Source: an uncultured Bacteroidales bacterium
GTDB lineage: Bacteria; Bacteroidota; Bacteroidia; Bacteroidales; Paludibacteraceae
Assembly: GCA_903911085.1 (NCBI GenBank)
Contig: CAIWCC010000269.1
Span: 41,149 to 105,148 of the forward strand
Direction of reading: 5' to 3'
DNA length: 64,000 nt
Below, piece by piece: positions 36,249 to 45,506 of the stretch (position 1 is its first letter; every line of letters begins with the position of its first letter). The notes beneath the pieces were generated by a model. That model ran no database searches. It saw only the letters and a program-made list of their open reading frames with translations, and was not told the origin of the DNA. Both the position numbers and the translations under genes were made by a program.

Positions 36249-37283
36249 ATGAAAAAAACTTTACTTTTTCTTTTTTTTGCCTTGTTTTCAAATGGAATAT
36301 TTGCTGTTTTAGGTGTTAAAGTAGTAAATGTGTCCACTCCAGGAACCCTAAGAACTTTTTTTAGTACTTTGGAAAAAACGACTGTAACAAGTCTTACAGT
36401 TACGGGAGCAATAGATGCACGTGACTTTAAATGCATGCGGGATACTTTGAAAGCGTTGTCGATTCTAGATTTAGGTGGAGCAATCATTCAGGGATATATT
36501 GGATCTGATGGAACAATATCAGGCACAAATATCAATTATCCAGCTAATGAAATTCCAGCTAACTCATTCTTTAATAATGATATCAGACCTTCTGTCTCTA
36601 AAATATCATTAACGAGTATTGTGTTTCCAACAACAGTTAATTCTATTGGAGATCAAGCATTTTTTCAATGTGTGGGATTAATTGGAAGTTTGTCATTTCC
36701 GTCGTCAGTTAATTCAATCGGCAATAGTGCTTTTCAAGAATGTACTGGACTCAATGGGTCATTAATCCTTCCAAACTCTCTTACTGTAGTTAAAAATTGT
36801 GCATTTGGATGGTGTGCAGGATTTACAGAATTAGTTATGGGTTCAATGGTTAGTTCTATTGAAAGCGAGGCTTTTACAGATTGCTACGGTTTAAAAAAGA
36901 TTTCAATCGCTCGTGCTTTACCGCCTTCAATTGCTGGAAATTCATTCGGATTTGATAAATCAAACTGCACATTATATGTTCCTGTTGGTGCAAGTTCAGC
37001 ATATAAAATTGCTGAAAACTGGAGTAGTTTTTTGTTGATTTCAGAGAAGAACTTTAGTACAGAAATGCAAAATATAAGTGAGAGATGCATTAGAATTTAT
37101 AGTGCAAAATCGAAGGTTTGTATTGAAGGTGTCTCCAAGAATGAGGTGATTAGCATTTACAGTGTTAATGGGAGACTCCTCCGCACAATAAAATCACAAG
37201 GTAAAATGATTTCAATTTCTCTGCCTTTAAGCAATGTGTACTTTGTAAAAACTAAGTTTAATACTTGGAAAGTTGTAATGTAA
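36249..37283 (+). CDS. BspA-type leucine-rich-repeat surface protein with T9SS C-terminal domain
   Basis: Repeats of the type VNSIGDQAFFQCVGL / VNSIGNSAFQECTGL / VVKNCAFGWCAGF / IESEAFTDCYGL. C-terminus ISIYSVNGRLLRTIK...VYFVKTKFNTWKVVM. Confidence 0.8.
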   Translation: MKKTLLFLFFALFSNGIFAVLGVKVVNVSTPGTLRTFFSTLEKTTVTSLTVTGAIDARDFKCMRDTLKALSILDLGGAIIQGYIGSDGTISGTNINYPANEIPANSFFNNDIRPSVSKISLTSIVFPTTVNSIGDQAFFQCVGLIGSLSFPSSVNSIGNSAFQECTGLNGSLILPNSLTVVKNCAFGWCAGFTELVMGSMVSSIESEAFTDCYGLKKISIARALPPSIAGNSFGFDKSNCTLYVPVGASSAYKIAENWSSFLLISEKNFSTEMQNISERCIRIYSAKSKVCIEGVSKNEVISIYSVNGRLLRTIKSQGKMISISLPLSNVYFVKTKFNTWKVVM

Positions 37284-37408
37284 AAATCATAATATTTACA
37301 TTCTTAGTTTTAAATTATTGAGATAAGTATTTATTGTTTCCTATTTGATGATGCAAAATAATCCTTAAAAAGTGCGGAGTCAGCACGTGAAACACTGACG
37401 ATAATCAA

Positions 37409-38506
37409 GTGAAAAAGACTAGGAGTCAGATTCTTATGTTTTGTTGTGTGTTGTTTTCTGTTGGTTGTGATAAAATCTTTAATGACTCATCTACATCTAA
37501 TTGGGAGCAATTGGGTAAATCTTTTGAAAGCATTATTTACAATGTAATTTCAGATAAAGATGGAAAGATTTATGTTTCTGGTGGAGATATTGGGAATGTG
37601 TCGGTATGGGATGGTGCAAACTGGAGCCAGTTAGGAAATGCTAGTGAAACATTTAGTGGCGGCGTTTATTGGCCTATAACAATTGATAATGCAGGCAATG
37701 TTTTTGCAGTTGGACGAATTAGAGTGCCTCAGGCAAATTCAACCTATAATGTAGCAAAATGGAACAAATCAACCAATACATGGATTAATCTTACAAGTGA
37801 TAAAGTGTTGTTCGATAATGGCATAGATGCAATAGCAACAGATGCTAATGGAAATCTGTATGTAGCTGGCAAAGCACAACATATTGCAGGAATAGAATCT
37901 GGTGCATATATTTATAAATGGAATGGAAGCACATGGAACATATTGGGAGCAAAGATGTTGGCTGGAAGTGAAATTCTGTTGTATATAGACAAATTAAATA
38001 ACATTTATTGTTCGTTTGGTATAAATGACAATGCGTCGCCATATATTGCAAAATGGAATGGAACCAGCTGGGATGAACTTGGTGGTAAAAATAGTGCAAA
38101 TTTTGGTATTGGTTATTTACTATGTATTAATTCTGATTCGCAAGGAAACGTATATGCAGGTGGATATTTTACCGATGGTTCCAAAGCTTATAACATATAT
38201 AAATGGACCAAAGCAAGCAATAAAACAAGTGCTATGTACACACATGGCAACTCTTTAGAAGCAAATTCAATTGCTTTTGATTCGGCAGATACACTTTATG
38301 TTGCAGGTGATTTTACAAACTCTATTGATAAACGATATATTGCTAAATATCATTTAGATAGAGATCAATGGAGCGATTATTGGAATTTGAATGCCAATGG
38401 CAAAATTAAATCAATTTGTTTTGATAAAAATGGAAATATGTATGCTGGAGGAGAATTTACCAATAGTGAAAAAAAATATTATGTAGCTGTGTATAAAAAG
38501 AAATAA
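37409..38506 (+). CDS. Beta-propeller-repeat lipoprotein (SBBP-like repeats)
   Basis: GTG start gives a classical lipoprotein signal MKKTRSQILMFCCVLFSVGC. Seven repeats of the form D-x-x-G-N-hydrophobic-Y-hydrophobic-x-G (DKDGKIYVSGG, DNAGNVFAVG, DANGNLYVAGK, DSQGNVYAGG, DSADTLYVAGD, DKNGNMYAGGE), plus W-N-G-S/T-W motifs. Confidence 0.65.
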   Translation: MKKTRSQILMFCCVLFSVGCDKIFNDSSTSNWEQLGKSFESIIYNVISDKDGKIYVSGGDIGNVSVWDGANWSQLGNASETFSGGVYWPITIDNAGNVFAVGRIRVPQANSTYNVAKWNKSTNTWINLTSDKVLFDNGIDAIATDANGNLYVAGKAQHIAGIESGAYIYKWNGSTWNILGAKMLAGSEILLYIDKLNNIYCSFGINDNASPYIAKWNGTSWDELGGKNSANFGIGYLLCINSDSQGNVYAGGYFTDGSKAYNIYKWTKASNKTSAMYTHGNSLEANSIAFDSADTLYVAGDFTNSIDKRYIAKYHLDRDQWSDYWNLNANGKIKSICFDKNGNMYAGGEFTNSEKKYYVAVYKKK

Positions 38507-38547
38507 ACTATTATTTGAATAAAATTCAATTTGATATTCGTATGCAA

Positions 38548-38590
38548 AAACACCCCGCTAAGTTATTATTTGGCGGGGTGTTTATTTATT
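38548..38590 (+). terminator. Rho-independent terminator
   Basis: AAACACCCCGC (38548-38558) pairs with GCGGGGTGTTT (38573-38583), followed by ATTTATTTTT. It lies 42 nt after the stop at 38506. Confidence 0.7.
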
Positions 38591-38591
38591 T

Positions 38592-38849
38592 TTAAAATAT
38601 TGTTGTCCGGTAAAAACAAAAGAAAAAATAATGTCGCTCCTAAGGAGCTCTGGTAATACTTGTAACTTATTGACTACCATAGTCTCGCTTCTCCGAAGCT
38701 ATTTATAAAAAGTCCCATCGGGACGAAATTATGGTAGAAAATATGCAAAAACAAAGTCTAAGCCCCATCGGGGCGAAATTATCTCAAAGCATTATTGGAA
38801 GCGGTTTTTCAGATGAAAATTAAAAGTTTATCGGACAACAATATTTAAA
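38592..38849. repeat. Multi-hairpin element bounded by inverted repeats (MITE-like or structured-RNA-like)
   Basis: Terminal inverted repeats 38592-38614 / 38827-38849 match at 21 of 23 positions, with a perfect 15-bp core AAATATTGTTGTCCG. An inner 7-bp pair CTACCAT (38674-38680) / ATGGTAG (38731-38737) is present. Four 5-bp-stem/3-nt-loop hairpins: GCTCC-TAA-GGAGC 38636-38648, GCTTC-TCC-GAAGC 38687-38699, GTCCC-ATC-GGGAC 38712-38724, GCCCC-ATC-GGGGC 38762-38774. Confidence 0.75.
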
Positions 38850-38872
38850 AAATTAAAAAGTTTTGATTGCAA

Positions 38873-39640
38873 TTATTTGTTGAAATTTCTCAACTTGATA
38901 TTGGTTAGCATTTTCTTAGTATGTAATGTGAAATCGCTATTCATCATCCAACCATAATAGCCCAAATCAGTTTTCAGTACATCAGTAACTTTTTTTCCTT
39001 TGTATTTTCCAAAATTAATGATTTCTTCACCTTTATCATTGTATATCATGCGTCCTGCAAAATCTACATTGTTGTTTTGTGCAGTAAATTTTGCTAAAAA
39101 CTCAATGTCGTTTTGAAGCTCAGGGTAGCGATCTAGTTGAGCTTCAAGTATTTCGTATGTAGCTAATGTGTCAGCTTCGGCACCATGTGCGCCAACCAAA
39201 TCTTTGCTGCAATAAAACTTGTATGCAGCTCCCAAAGTTCGAGCTTCCATTTTATGAAAAACCACTTGTACATCAACAAATTTCCGTTTTGTGAAATCAA
39301 TATCTACGTCAGCTCTCAATAATTCCTCTGCCAATACTGGGATGTCGAATCTATTTGAATTGTAACCAGCCAAATCGCAGCCTTCAATATCACGAGCTAT
39401 TTCTTTAGCAACTGCCTTAAATGTAGGACAATCCACAACATCCGCATCGTAAATTCCGTGAATTGCCGATGACTCTTCTGGAATGTGAATTTCTGGATTT
39501 ATTCTCATACTTTTAGTTTCTTGACGACCATTTGGAGATACCTTATGATAAGCTATTTCAACTATTCTGTCAGAAACAATATTTGTTCCAGTAGTTTCAA
39601 GATCGAAAAATACAATTGGGTTCTTTAATTTTAGTTTCAT
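38873..39640 (-). CDS. DnaQ-like DEDDh 3'-5' exonuclease domain protein
   Basis: Exo I IVFFDLETTGTN, Exo II GYNSNRFDIPVLAEE, Exo III HGAEADTLATYEI. 255 aa. Lies downstream of dnaN. Confidence 0.85.
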   Translation of the reverse strand: MKLKLKNPIVFFDLETTGTNIVSDRIVEIAYHKVSPNGRQETKSMRINPEIHIPEESSAIHGIYDADVVDCPTFKAVAKEIARDIEGCDLAGYNSNRFDIPVLAEELLRADVDIDFTKRKFVDVQVVFHKMEARTLGAAYKFYCSKDLVGAHGAEADTLATYEILEAQLDRYPELQNDIEFLAKFTAQNNNVDFAGRMIYNDKGEEIINFGKYKGKKVTDVLKTDLGYYGWMMNSDFTLHTKKMLTNIKLRNFNK

Positions 39641-39724
39641 ATTATTACATTTTCAAAAGTCATTTATATTAGAACAAATTGTTTGATTCTTTTTTTGTTC
39701 GAATAAAAAAAATATCTCAAAAAT

Positions 39725-39755
39725 AAAGGTCAAATATCATTGACATTTGACCTTT
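39725..39755 (-). terminator. Putative terminator/attenuator after dnaN
   Basis: AAAGGTCAAAT (39725-39735) pairs with ATTTGACCTTT (39745-39755), with a 9-nt loop. A T-rich run follows on the minus strand. Confidence 0.5.
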
Positions 39756-39779
39756 ATTTATAATCGTTTATCACTTAGT

Positions 39780-40919
39780 TTAGTCATTAAGAAGCATAGG
39801 CATTAATAACATCAATATATTCTCGTTTTCTTCATTTATAAATGGCAGAATTAATCCTGCACGAGATGAATCAGATAATTCCAGTATGATATCCGAGGAA
39901 TTAATATTGCCCAAAATTTCTATTAGAAACGGCGATTTAAAACCAATTTTAATTGGATCTCCATCGTATTGACAGCTGATAGTTTCTTCAGCAGAAATTG
40001 AAAAATCAATGTCTTGTGCCGAAATATGAATACTATTTTCAGCAAAATATAATTTTACTAAATTACTGCCTTGATTGGCAAAAACAGAAACACGTTTCAT
40101 TGCATTAAGCAATGTAGAGCGATCTATAATTATTTTATTAGGATTGTTGTTTGGAATTACTGCGTTGTAATTTGGGAAACGTCCTTCAATTTGACGGCAA
40201 ATAATAGTGTAATTCGCTAGTTTGAAATGTGCATTCTTTTTATCGAAATGAATTTGAACTTCTCCACTTTCTTTTGGAAGAATATTCTTAAGCATTGTGG
40301 CTGGTTTTTTTGGCAAAATAAATGTAACCGAACCTTCATCTTCTTGAACTGATGTTGAAGTTTGCACAGTTCTGAAGCGCACAAGTTTATGAGCATCAGT
40401 TGCTACTAGTGTTAAATTGTTGTATGTTATATCAAAGAATATACCGTTCATAACTGGTCTTAATTCATCATCGGCAGTGCAAAAAAGCGTTTTTGAAATT
40501 CCTGAAAGCAGGTTCGCTACTGATAAATCTAAAGTTCGTGCATCACTTTGTAATTCTGGTAAACGAGGATATTCATCTCCACTCTGACCTATAAAATTAT
40601 AAGATCCGTTGGATGAAGTAATAACCATTGCCAAATTAGAATCGTTAATGCTGAAAGTGAGCGGTTGGTCCGAAAATTCTCGCAAGGTGTCCAATAATAA
40701 ACGTGAAGCTACTGCAACTTTCCCATTTCCTTCACTGCTATCAACCTCCATTGAAGTTATCAATGTTGTTTCTATATCTGATGCAGTAAGTGTTAACTTT
40801 GAACCTTCGAGATGAAACAAGAAATTATCTAAAATTGGTAATGAGTTTTTACTGTTTATTACACGGCTAATTGCTTGTAAGTGACTCAATAGTTCAGTAC
40901 TGGAAACAATGAATTTCAT
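39780..40919 (-). CDS. dnaN: DNA polymerase III beta sliding clamp
   Basis: 379 aa. MKFIVSSTELLSHLQAISRVINSKNSLPILDNFLF and the three-domain length are typical of DnaN. Confidence 0.9.
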   Translation of the reverse strand: MKFIVSSTELLSHLQAISRVINSKNSLPILDNFLFHLEGSKLTLTASDIETTLITSMEVDSSEGNGKVAVASRLLLDTLREFSDQPLTFSINDSNLAMVITSSNGSYNFIGQSGDEYPRLPELQSDARTLDLSVANLLSGISKTLFCTADDELRPVMNGIFFDITYNNLTLVATDAHKLVRFRTVQTSTSVQEDEGSVTFILPKKPATMLKNILPKESGEVQIHFDKKNAHFKLANYTIICRQIEGRFPNYNAVIPNNNPNKIIIDRSTLLNAMKRVSVFANQGSNLVKLYFAENSIHISAQDIDFSISAEETISCQYDGDPIKIGFKSPFLIEILGNINSSDIILELSDSSRAGLILPFINEENENILMLLMPMLLND

Positions 40920-41238
40920 ATTTTTTGTTTTTATTGGTTTGCCTATTTAGAAATATTCAACAAATGTAGTAAATAATTTAATCACTGAAAAATTCTTAGA
41001 GCTTTTTATTTGAAATTTAAGATTACATATTAAGTTTGTATATTAAAGTCAATATGAATTAAAAATTAAGTGATTTCTAATTGTTATGTGCTAATTTTGG
41101 TAATAATCAAATGGTCAAATGAATTATCTCATGAGACTATTTGAGGTATTCTTTTTGTGCAAAATTGAATCTAGAATTTCTAATTATTCCAAGACTTTAA
41201 ACGCTTATATTTGGTGATTAGATGCTTGTAATTAGAAT

Positions 41239-44200
41239 TTATTGTTTGATAATTTTATGATTTCTTCCGTTTATCTCAATAAAATAGATTCCTTTTGGCA
41301 GGTTCGAAATATCAATCGTATTATCAATTTTGTTTATTATTACTTGCTGTTTGATGCCACTCAAATTAATGATATCCAGTTTGTTGGAATTGCAAATTCC
41401 TTCGATAAAAAGTACTTTGTTTGTTGGATTTGGAAATAATCTTACATTGATTTCCGAGCTCATATCGATGTTCGAATTTATTATTGATGGTTTTAAAATA
41501 AATTCAAGCGGTGTGGCTAATCTTGCAGCCCACCAAGTTTCGGAATGGTCAGCACCATTAAATACTTTTGAAGTCCAATTTTTACTGTTATAGCCTTTAT
41601 TCTGCATAATTACATCCACTAAATCTTGGTGCTGTGCATAATTGGCGTCGAGTCCTACCGTGCCGTGATCGAAATAAAAACTATGGTTTGTTGGCGATGG
41701 CAAATGTTCAATCATGTAATTTCTCATAGCTTCGGGCTCTAATGGGCTGTCAATAGAATTGTTTGCCCAATGTGTTGAAATACAGGCAGCTGCCGAAAAA
41801 GTTAGTGGATATTCACATACAGCGTACCATGAAATTAATCCGCCCATGCTCGATCCAGCTATAAAAGTGTTATTAGCATCGGTGAGAGTCGAAAAAGTTT
41901 TATCTATAAAAGGTTTTAATTCTGTAACTAAAAATTTTAAATAATCATCTCCTTCTGGATCGCCTGACATACTATTTATTTTATTGCTTTTTACTGGCTC
42001 TGGCATGTAACTAATTGCTTTTTCAGGAAAATACTCAGGATATCTTTTTGAAGAATTCCAAATTCCTACAACAATTACATCTCTAATTTTCTTTTGTTCT
42101 ATAAGCTGTGTAATAGTTTCATCTACTTTCCATTCTTGACCATTAAAACTATTTGTTGGTCCGTCGAACAAATTTTGTCCGTCTTGCATATATAAAACTG
42201 CATATTTTTTTGTTGCAGAATAGCCTTGTGGTAACCATATATCTACAAGGCGGCTGTCAACATACTGTGACGTAAATGAATATCGCACTAAATTTCCTGC
42301 TGAAACTATCGGTTGATTATTTAAAAGTATAACTGGTGAGTTGGGATCCCATATTGCTGTCCATTTAATTACAATGTCATTGCTTGAATAATTTCTATCT
42401 GTAATTTTTGTATTGTCAGCGTTTAACTCTTCGAAAGCCCAATTTGGTCCGGCGCAATATTTATATTTTTGTGTGTTTGTTGCTCCAATAATACTTAGTG
42501 TGTAATGAGTGGAGTCTGTTTTTGTCATAGCTTGTTGATTCCATCCATTCATTTCCCCTGCAATATAGCACGCTTTAGTACCAATAGGAACTGTTACATT
42601 GTATGTTAGCGATGCTATTGGTGGTTCGTAAATTGCTTTCCATCTCACAACTATGTCATTTTCGGCGTATAATCTATTAGAGATTGGATTGCTATTTGCG
42701 TCAAATTCTTCGTAATCCCAACTTGGACCTGAACAATATTTATATTTGTAGGTCGAAAGTGACGGAATAGTAATTTTATATAGAGTTTCACTCACTTTTG
42801 TCATGGCTTGTTGTTTCCAATTGTTCATATCGCCTGCCAGATAACATGCTTTTGTACCAATAGGAACTGTGACAGAGTAGGTTAAGCTGCCAATTGATGT
42901 TGGGTCATATACAGCACTCCATTTTGCAACCTCGTCGCTAACTGTGTAAGTTCTGTTTTGAGTTTCGCTACCATCAGCATTTACTTCACAGAAATTCCAA
43001 TTTGGCCCAGAGCAATATTTGTATTGATCTGCTGTGGTTGCATTTGGAATTACAATATTGTAATGAGTGTCATCAATTTTTGTCATTTGTTGTTGAACCC
43101 ATCCATTCATTTCTCCTGCAATATAACAAGTTTTTGTGCCAATTGGCACTTTTACATTGTAGTTAAATAATGTAGATGCGTTACCAGTTAATGAAGGTGT
43201 TAAGTAACAATTCGTTGCTGAATTAATTTCGTATATAGCAAAATGATAAATAGTTCCTGTTGTAAGTGTAGTTAAATTGACTGATGTGCCAGTTCCGTTG
43301 TAAATTACATAGTTGCCTGTTGTTATTTCATTTCCGCTACCAAAAGCTGCATTTGCAACGTAAGATTTGCCATCAATTGGATTACTATTTACTGCATTGT
43401 TTGCTCTTGCTACTACAATTACTGCATTTCCATTTCCACGTGACCAGCTTAGTTTCATCGTGTTGTTAGTAATTTCCGACACATCTAAATTGGTAGCTTG
43501 CATGCTAGGAGTTGTACAAATATAACCACCATTAAAATTAAATGAGATGGTTTTGTCTGTTGTGTTTTCGGCAATATTGGTAATTGTTTTTGATGTTTCT
43601 GTTCCATTCCACGATTTCGAATTTGGTGTGGTGAAATCAGTAAACGAAGTTTTGTTTAATTTTCCTGGATATGGACAACCGTCTGTATTTAAACTTGTTG
43701 ACGGTGATTCAATTCCGTTTGCCACGGTTGAGCTTGCAGGTATAATATATAAAGCTTGGTGACTTCCATTATTTATGTCATTGCTAAAATAATGTTCGTC
43801 AATAAAATTTCCATCAACATGATATATCAATAATCCATGTCCTGGAACGTAGGTGTCAAAACCTAAATTTTGTTTGTTTTCTAGTAAAAAATACTCGTTC
43901 GGAGAGTTTGTGTTATATCGATAATAACTATTTGAATTTTGATTAGAATTTTTCATAGTAATATCTTGAGTTGTCGTTATCAATGTGGTTTTTGACCAAT
44001 TATAAATGTAACATTTTGTAAATGGGTTTGGTTGAGCTGGTGTGTGTCCGTAATTGTTCCAATTGCCACCAGATTGCAAATCCCAACCGCCAGTACCTTC
44101 AAATTGTCCATCACTGTCGTAGTTGGTGTCGTAATAATCGGGAGCGCCAAGTGTATGACCAAATTCATGACAAATCACGCCTATTGAAGTTGTCCATGTT

Positions 44201-45138
44201 CCATCTGCTGGAACACCTGATAATTCACAAGAACATGCATAATTTGAAATTGTTTTTCCGTCCTTTATAACAGGTTCTATACTTGAGGCATGCGCCCAAA
44301 TATAATCGGAACTACCACCTGATTCTTCACCATATCCAGCATAAATTACATAAATTCCATCCACATAACCATCATTGTCATTGTCGAAATTAGCGAAATT
44401 TACAGTCGGGTCAGCCAAATTAACGGCTTCTGTAATAAGCTCATAAGCTTTCAGGTCTTTCAAATCTATTGCATCTTTGTCATTTGCACCATAATATGCC
44501 ATATTGTTGGCGGCCACAAAAGGACCTGCAACTGTGGTGTTTAAATTTAGCTTGTTATACGATGCTTCAGCAAAGAAATCATGAACGCTTCCAGTTGCAT
44601 AATTCTCACTATAACCTACTTGATTGAATAAGTTATTAAATTCTGCTTGAGATTTAATAAATGGTTTATCTTTAAATCCTATTAATAAACAAACTAGATT
44701 TCGTTGTCCTAACGATGGAAATGACCTGGCAACTTTACTTTGCTGAGATTTGGCCATTCGTCTGATTTGTTTCATTATTGAAACTTGGGAATCACTATAT
44801 TTAATGTGTTTTGGTATTGATGTGAGCATTGATTCAATTTGTGGAACTCGTTGTTTTGCATTTTGAGCAATTGTTCCTGAAGTTGTCAAATCTCCATTGT
44901 TTTGTTTCACAGCATATTCATAAAATCCTTTGGAATTATACATAATGGTATAACCGTCAACAGTTTCTGCTCGGTTCATTTTTTCATCTCCATAAAGATG
45001 AATTTGTAAAATGGCACCATCTGGTTGGGTAAAGTTTATTAATCCTGGATAAGCAGGTGATGAGGTTAATTTCAGAGGGAGGAATAAAGCTACAAATAAT
45101 AAGAAAACACATTCAAAAAATAAGTCTTGCTTTTTCAT
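41239..45138 (-). CDS. Multidomain T9SS cargo: M6 (immune-inhibitor-A-like) metalloprotease + FN3 + three tandem beta-sandwich modules + esterase-like alpha/beta hydrolase + T9SS C-terminal domain
   Basis: Signal peptide. HEFGHTLGAPDYYD at codons 324-337 (nt 44155-44169 encode HEFGH). FN3-like LDVSEITNNTMKLSWSRG...YHFAIYEIN. Three ~93-aa repeats (VPIGTK-x-CY-hydrophobic-AG-x-MN-x-W...YKYC-x-GP-x-W). Esterase-like segment AVLYMQDGQNLF...FIAGSSMGGLISWY. C-terminus VRLFPNPTNKVLFIEG...GIYFIEINGRNHKIIKQ. Confidence 0.8.
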   Translation of the reverse strand: MKKQDLFFECVFLLFVALFLPLKLTSSPAYPGLINFTQPDGAILQIHLYGDEKMNRAETVDGYTIMYNSKGFYEYAVKQNNGDLTTSGTIAQNAKQRVPQIESMLTSIPKHIKYSDSQVSIMKQIRRMAKSQQSKVARSFPSLGQRNLVCLLIGFKDKPFIKSQAEFNNLFNQVGYSENYATGSVHDFFAEASYNKLNLNTTVAGPFVAANNMAYYGANDKDAIDLKDLKAYELITEAVNLADPTVNFANFDNDNDGYVDGIYVIYAGYGEESGGSSDYIWAHASSIEPVIKDGKTISNYACSCELSGVPADGTWTTSIGVICHEFGHTLGAPDYYDTNYDSDGQFEGTGGWDLQSGGNWNNYGHTPAQPNPFTKCYIYNWSKTTLITTTQDITMKNSNQNSNSYYRYNTNSPNEYFLLENKQNLGFDTYVPGHGLLIYHVDGNFIDEHYFSNDINNGSHQALYIIPASSTVANGIESPSTSLNTDGCPYPGKLNKTSFTDFTTPNSKSWNGTETSKTITNIAENTTDKTISFNFNGGYICTTPSMQATNLDVSEITNNTMKLSWSRGNGNAVIVVARANNAVNSNPIDGKSYVANAAFGSGNEITTGNYVIYNGTGTSVNLTTLTTGTIYHFAIYEINSATNCYLTPSLTGNASTLFNYNVKVPIGTKTCYIAGEMNGWVQQQMTKIDDTHYNIVIPNATTADQYKYCSGPNWNFCEVNADGSETQNRTYTVSDEVAKWSAVYDPTSIGSLTYSVTVPIGTKACYLAGDMNNWKQQAMTKVSETLYKITIPSLSTYKYKYCSGPSWDYEEFDANSNPISNRLYAENDIVVRWKAIYEPPIASLTYNVTVPIGTKACYIAGEMNGWNQQAMTKTDSTHYTLSIIGATNTQKYKYCAGPNWAFEELNADNTKITDRNYSSNDIVIKWTAIWDPNSPVILLNNQPIVSAGNLVRYSFTSQYVDSRLVDIWLPQGYSATKKYAVLYMQDGQNLFDGPTNSFNGQEWKVDETITQLIEQKKIRDVIVVGIWNSSKRYPEYFPEKAISYMPEPVKSNKINSMSGDPEGDDYLKFLVTELKPFIDKTFSTLTDANNTFIAGSSMGGLISWYAVCEYPLTFSAAACISTHWANNSIDSPLEPEAMRNYMIEHLPSPTNHSFYFDHGTVGLDANYAQHQDLVDVIMQNKGYNSKNWTSKVFNGADHSETWWAARLATPLEFILKPSIINSNIDMSSEINVRLFPNPTNKVLFIEGICNSNKLDIINLSGIKQQVIINKIDNTIDISNLPKGIYFIEINGRNHKIIKQ

Positions 45139-45342
45139 AAGAGTTTACTTTTAATTGGTTTAAAAAACTACTTATCTGAATAAAAAAATACAGTTTATTT
45201 AATTTGTAAAATACTCAATATGCTGTATTTTTGGTAAATATCAATAAGCGCCAAAGATAATGATATTTTTCATTTAATCAATAATTATGTATAAAATATT
45301 CTTTTTTTTTGATTTTCAATTGCTTGTCAAATGATAAATAGG

Positions 45343-45385
45343 AAAAAAAAACTGCTCTAAGAAAGTTCTTACAGCAGTTTATTTT
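45343..45385 (-). terminator. Putative (bidirectional) rho-independent terminator
   Basis: CTGCTCTAAGAA (45352-45363) pairs with TTCTTACAGCAG (45366-45377) with one mismatch. Flanked by an A-run (45343-45351) and a T-rich tail. Lies downstream of the minus-strand stop at 45507. Confidence 0.55.
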
Positions 45386-45506
45386 TATAAAACTTTTTAT
45401 GTGTTTTTGTAATTCAAATATTTGAAAATTAAAATTACAGTTTTTCTAATATAATGCTATTGAAAATTTAGTCAATCAAATTAGTAATTTAATATGCAGA
45501 AAATTA

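Noticed and set aside
40920-41238. Possible replication origin next to dnaN
   Set aside because: No TTATCCACA-like DnaA boxes or AT-rich 13-mer arrays are seen, and dnaA is not adjacent.
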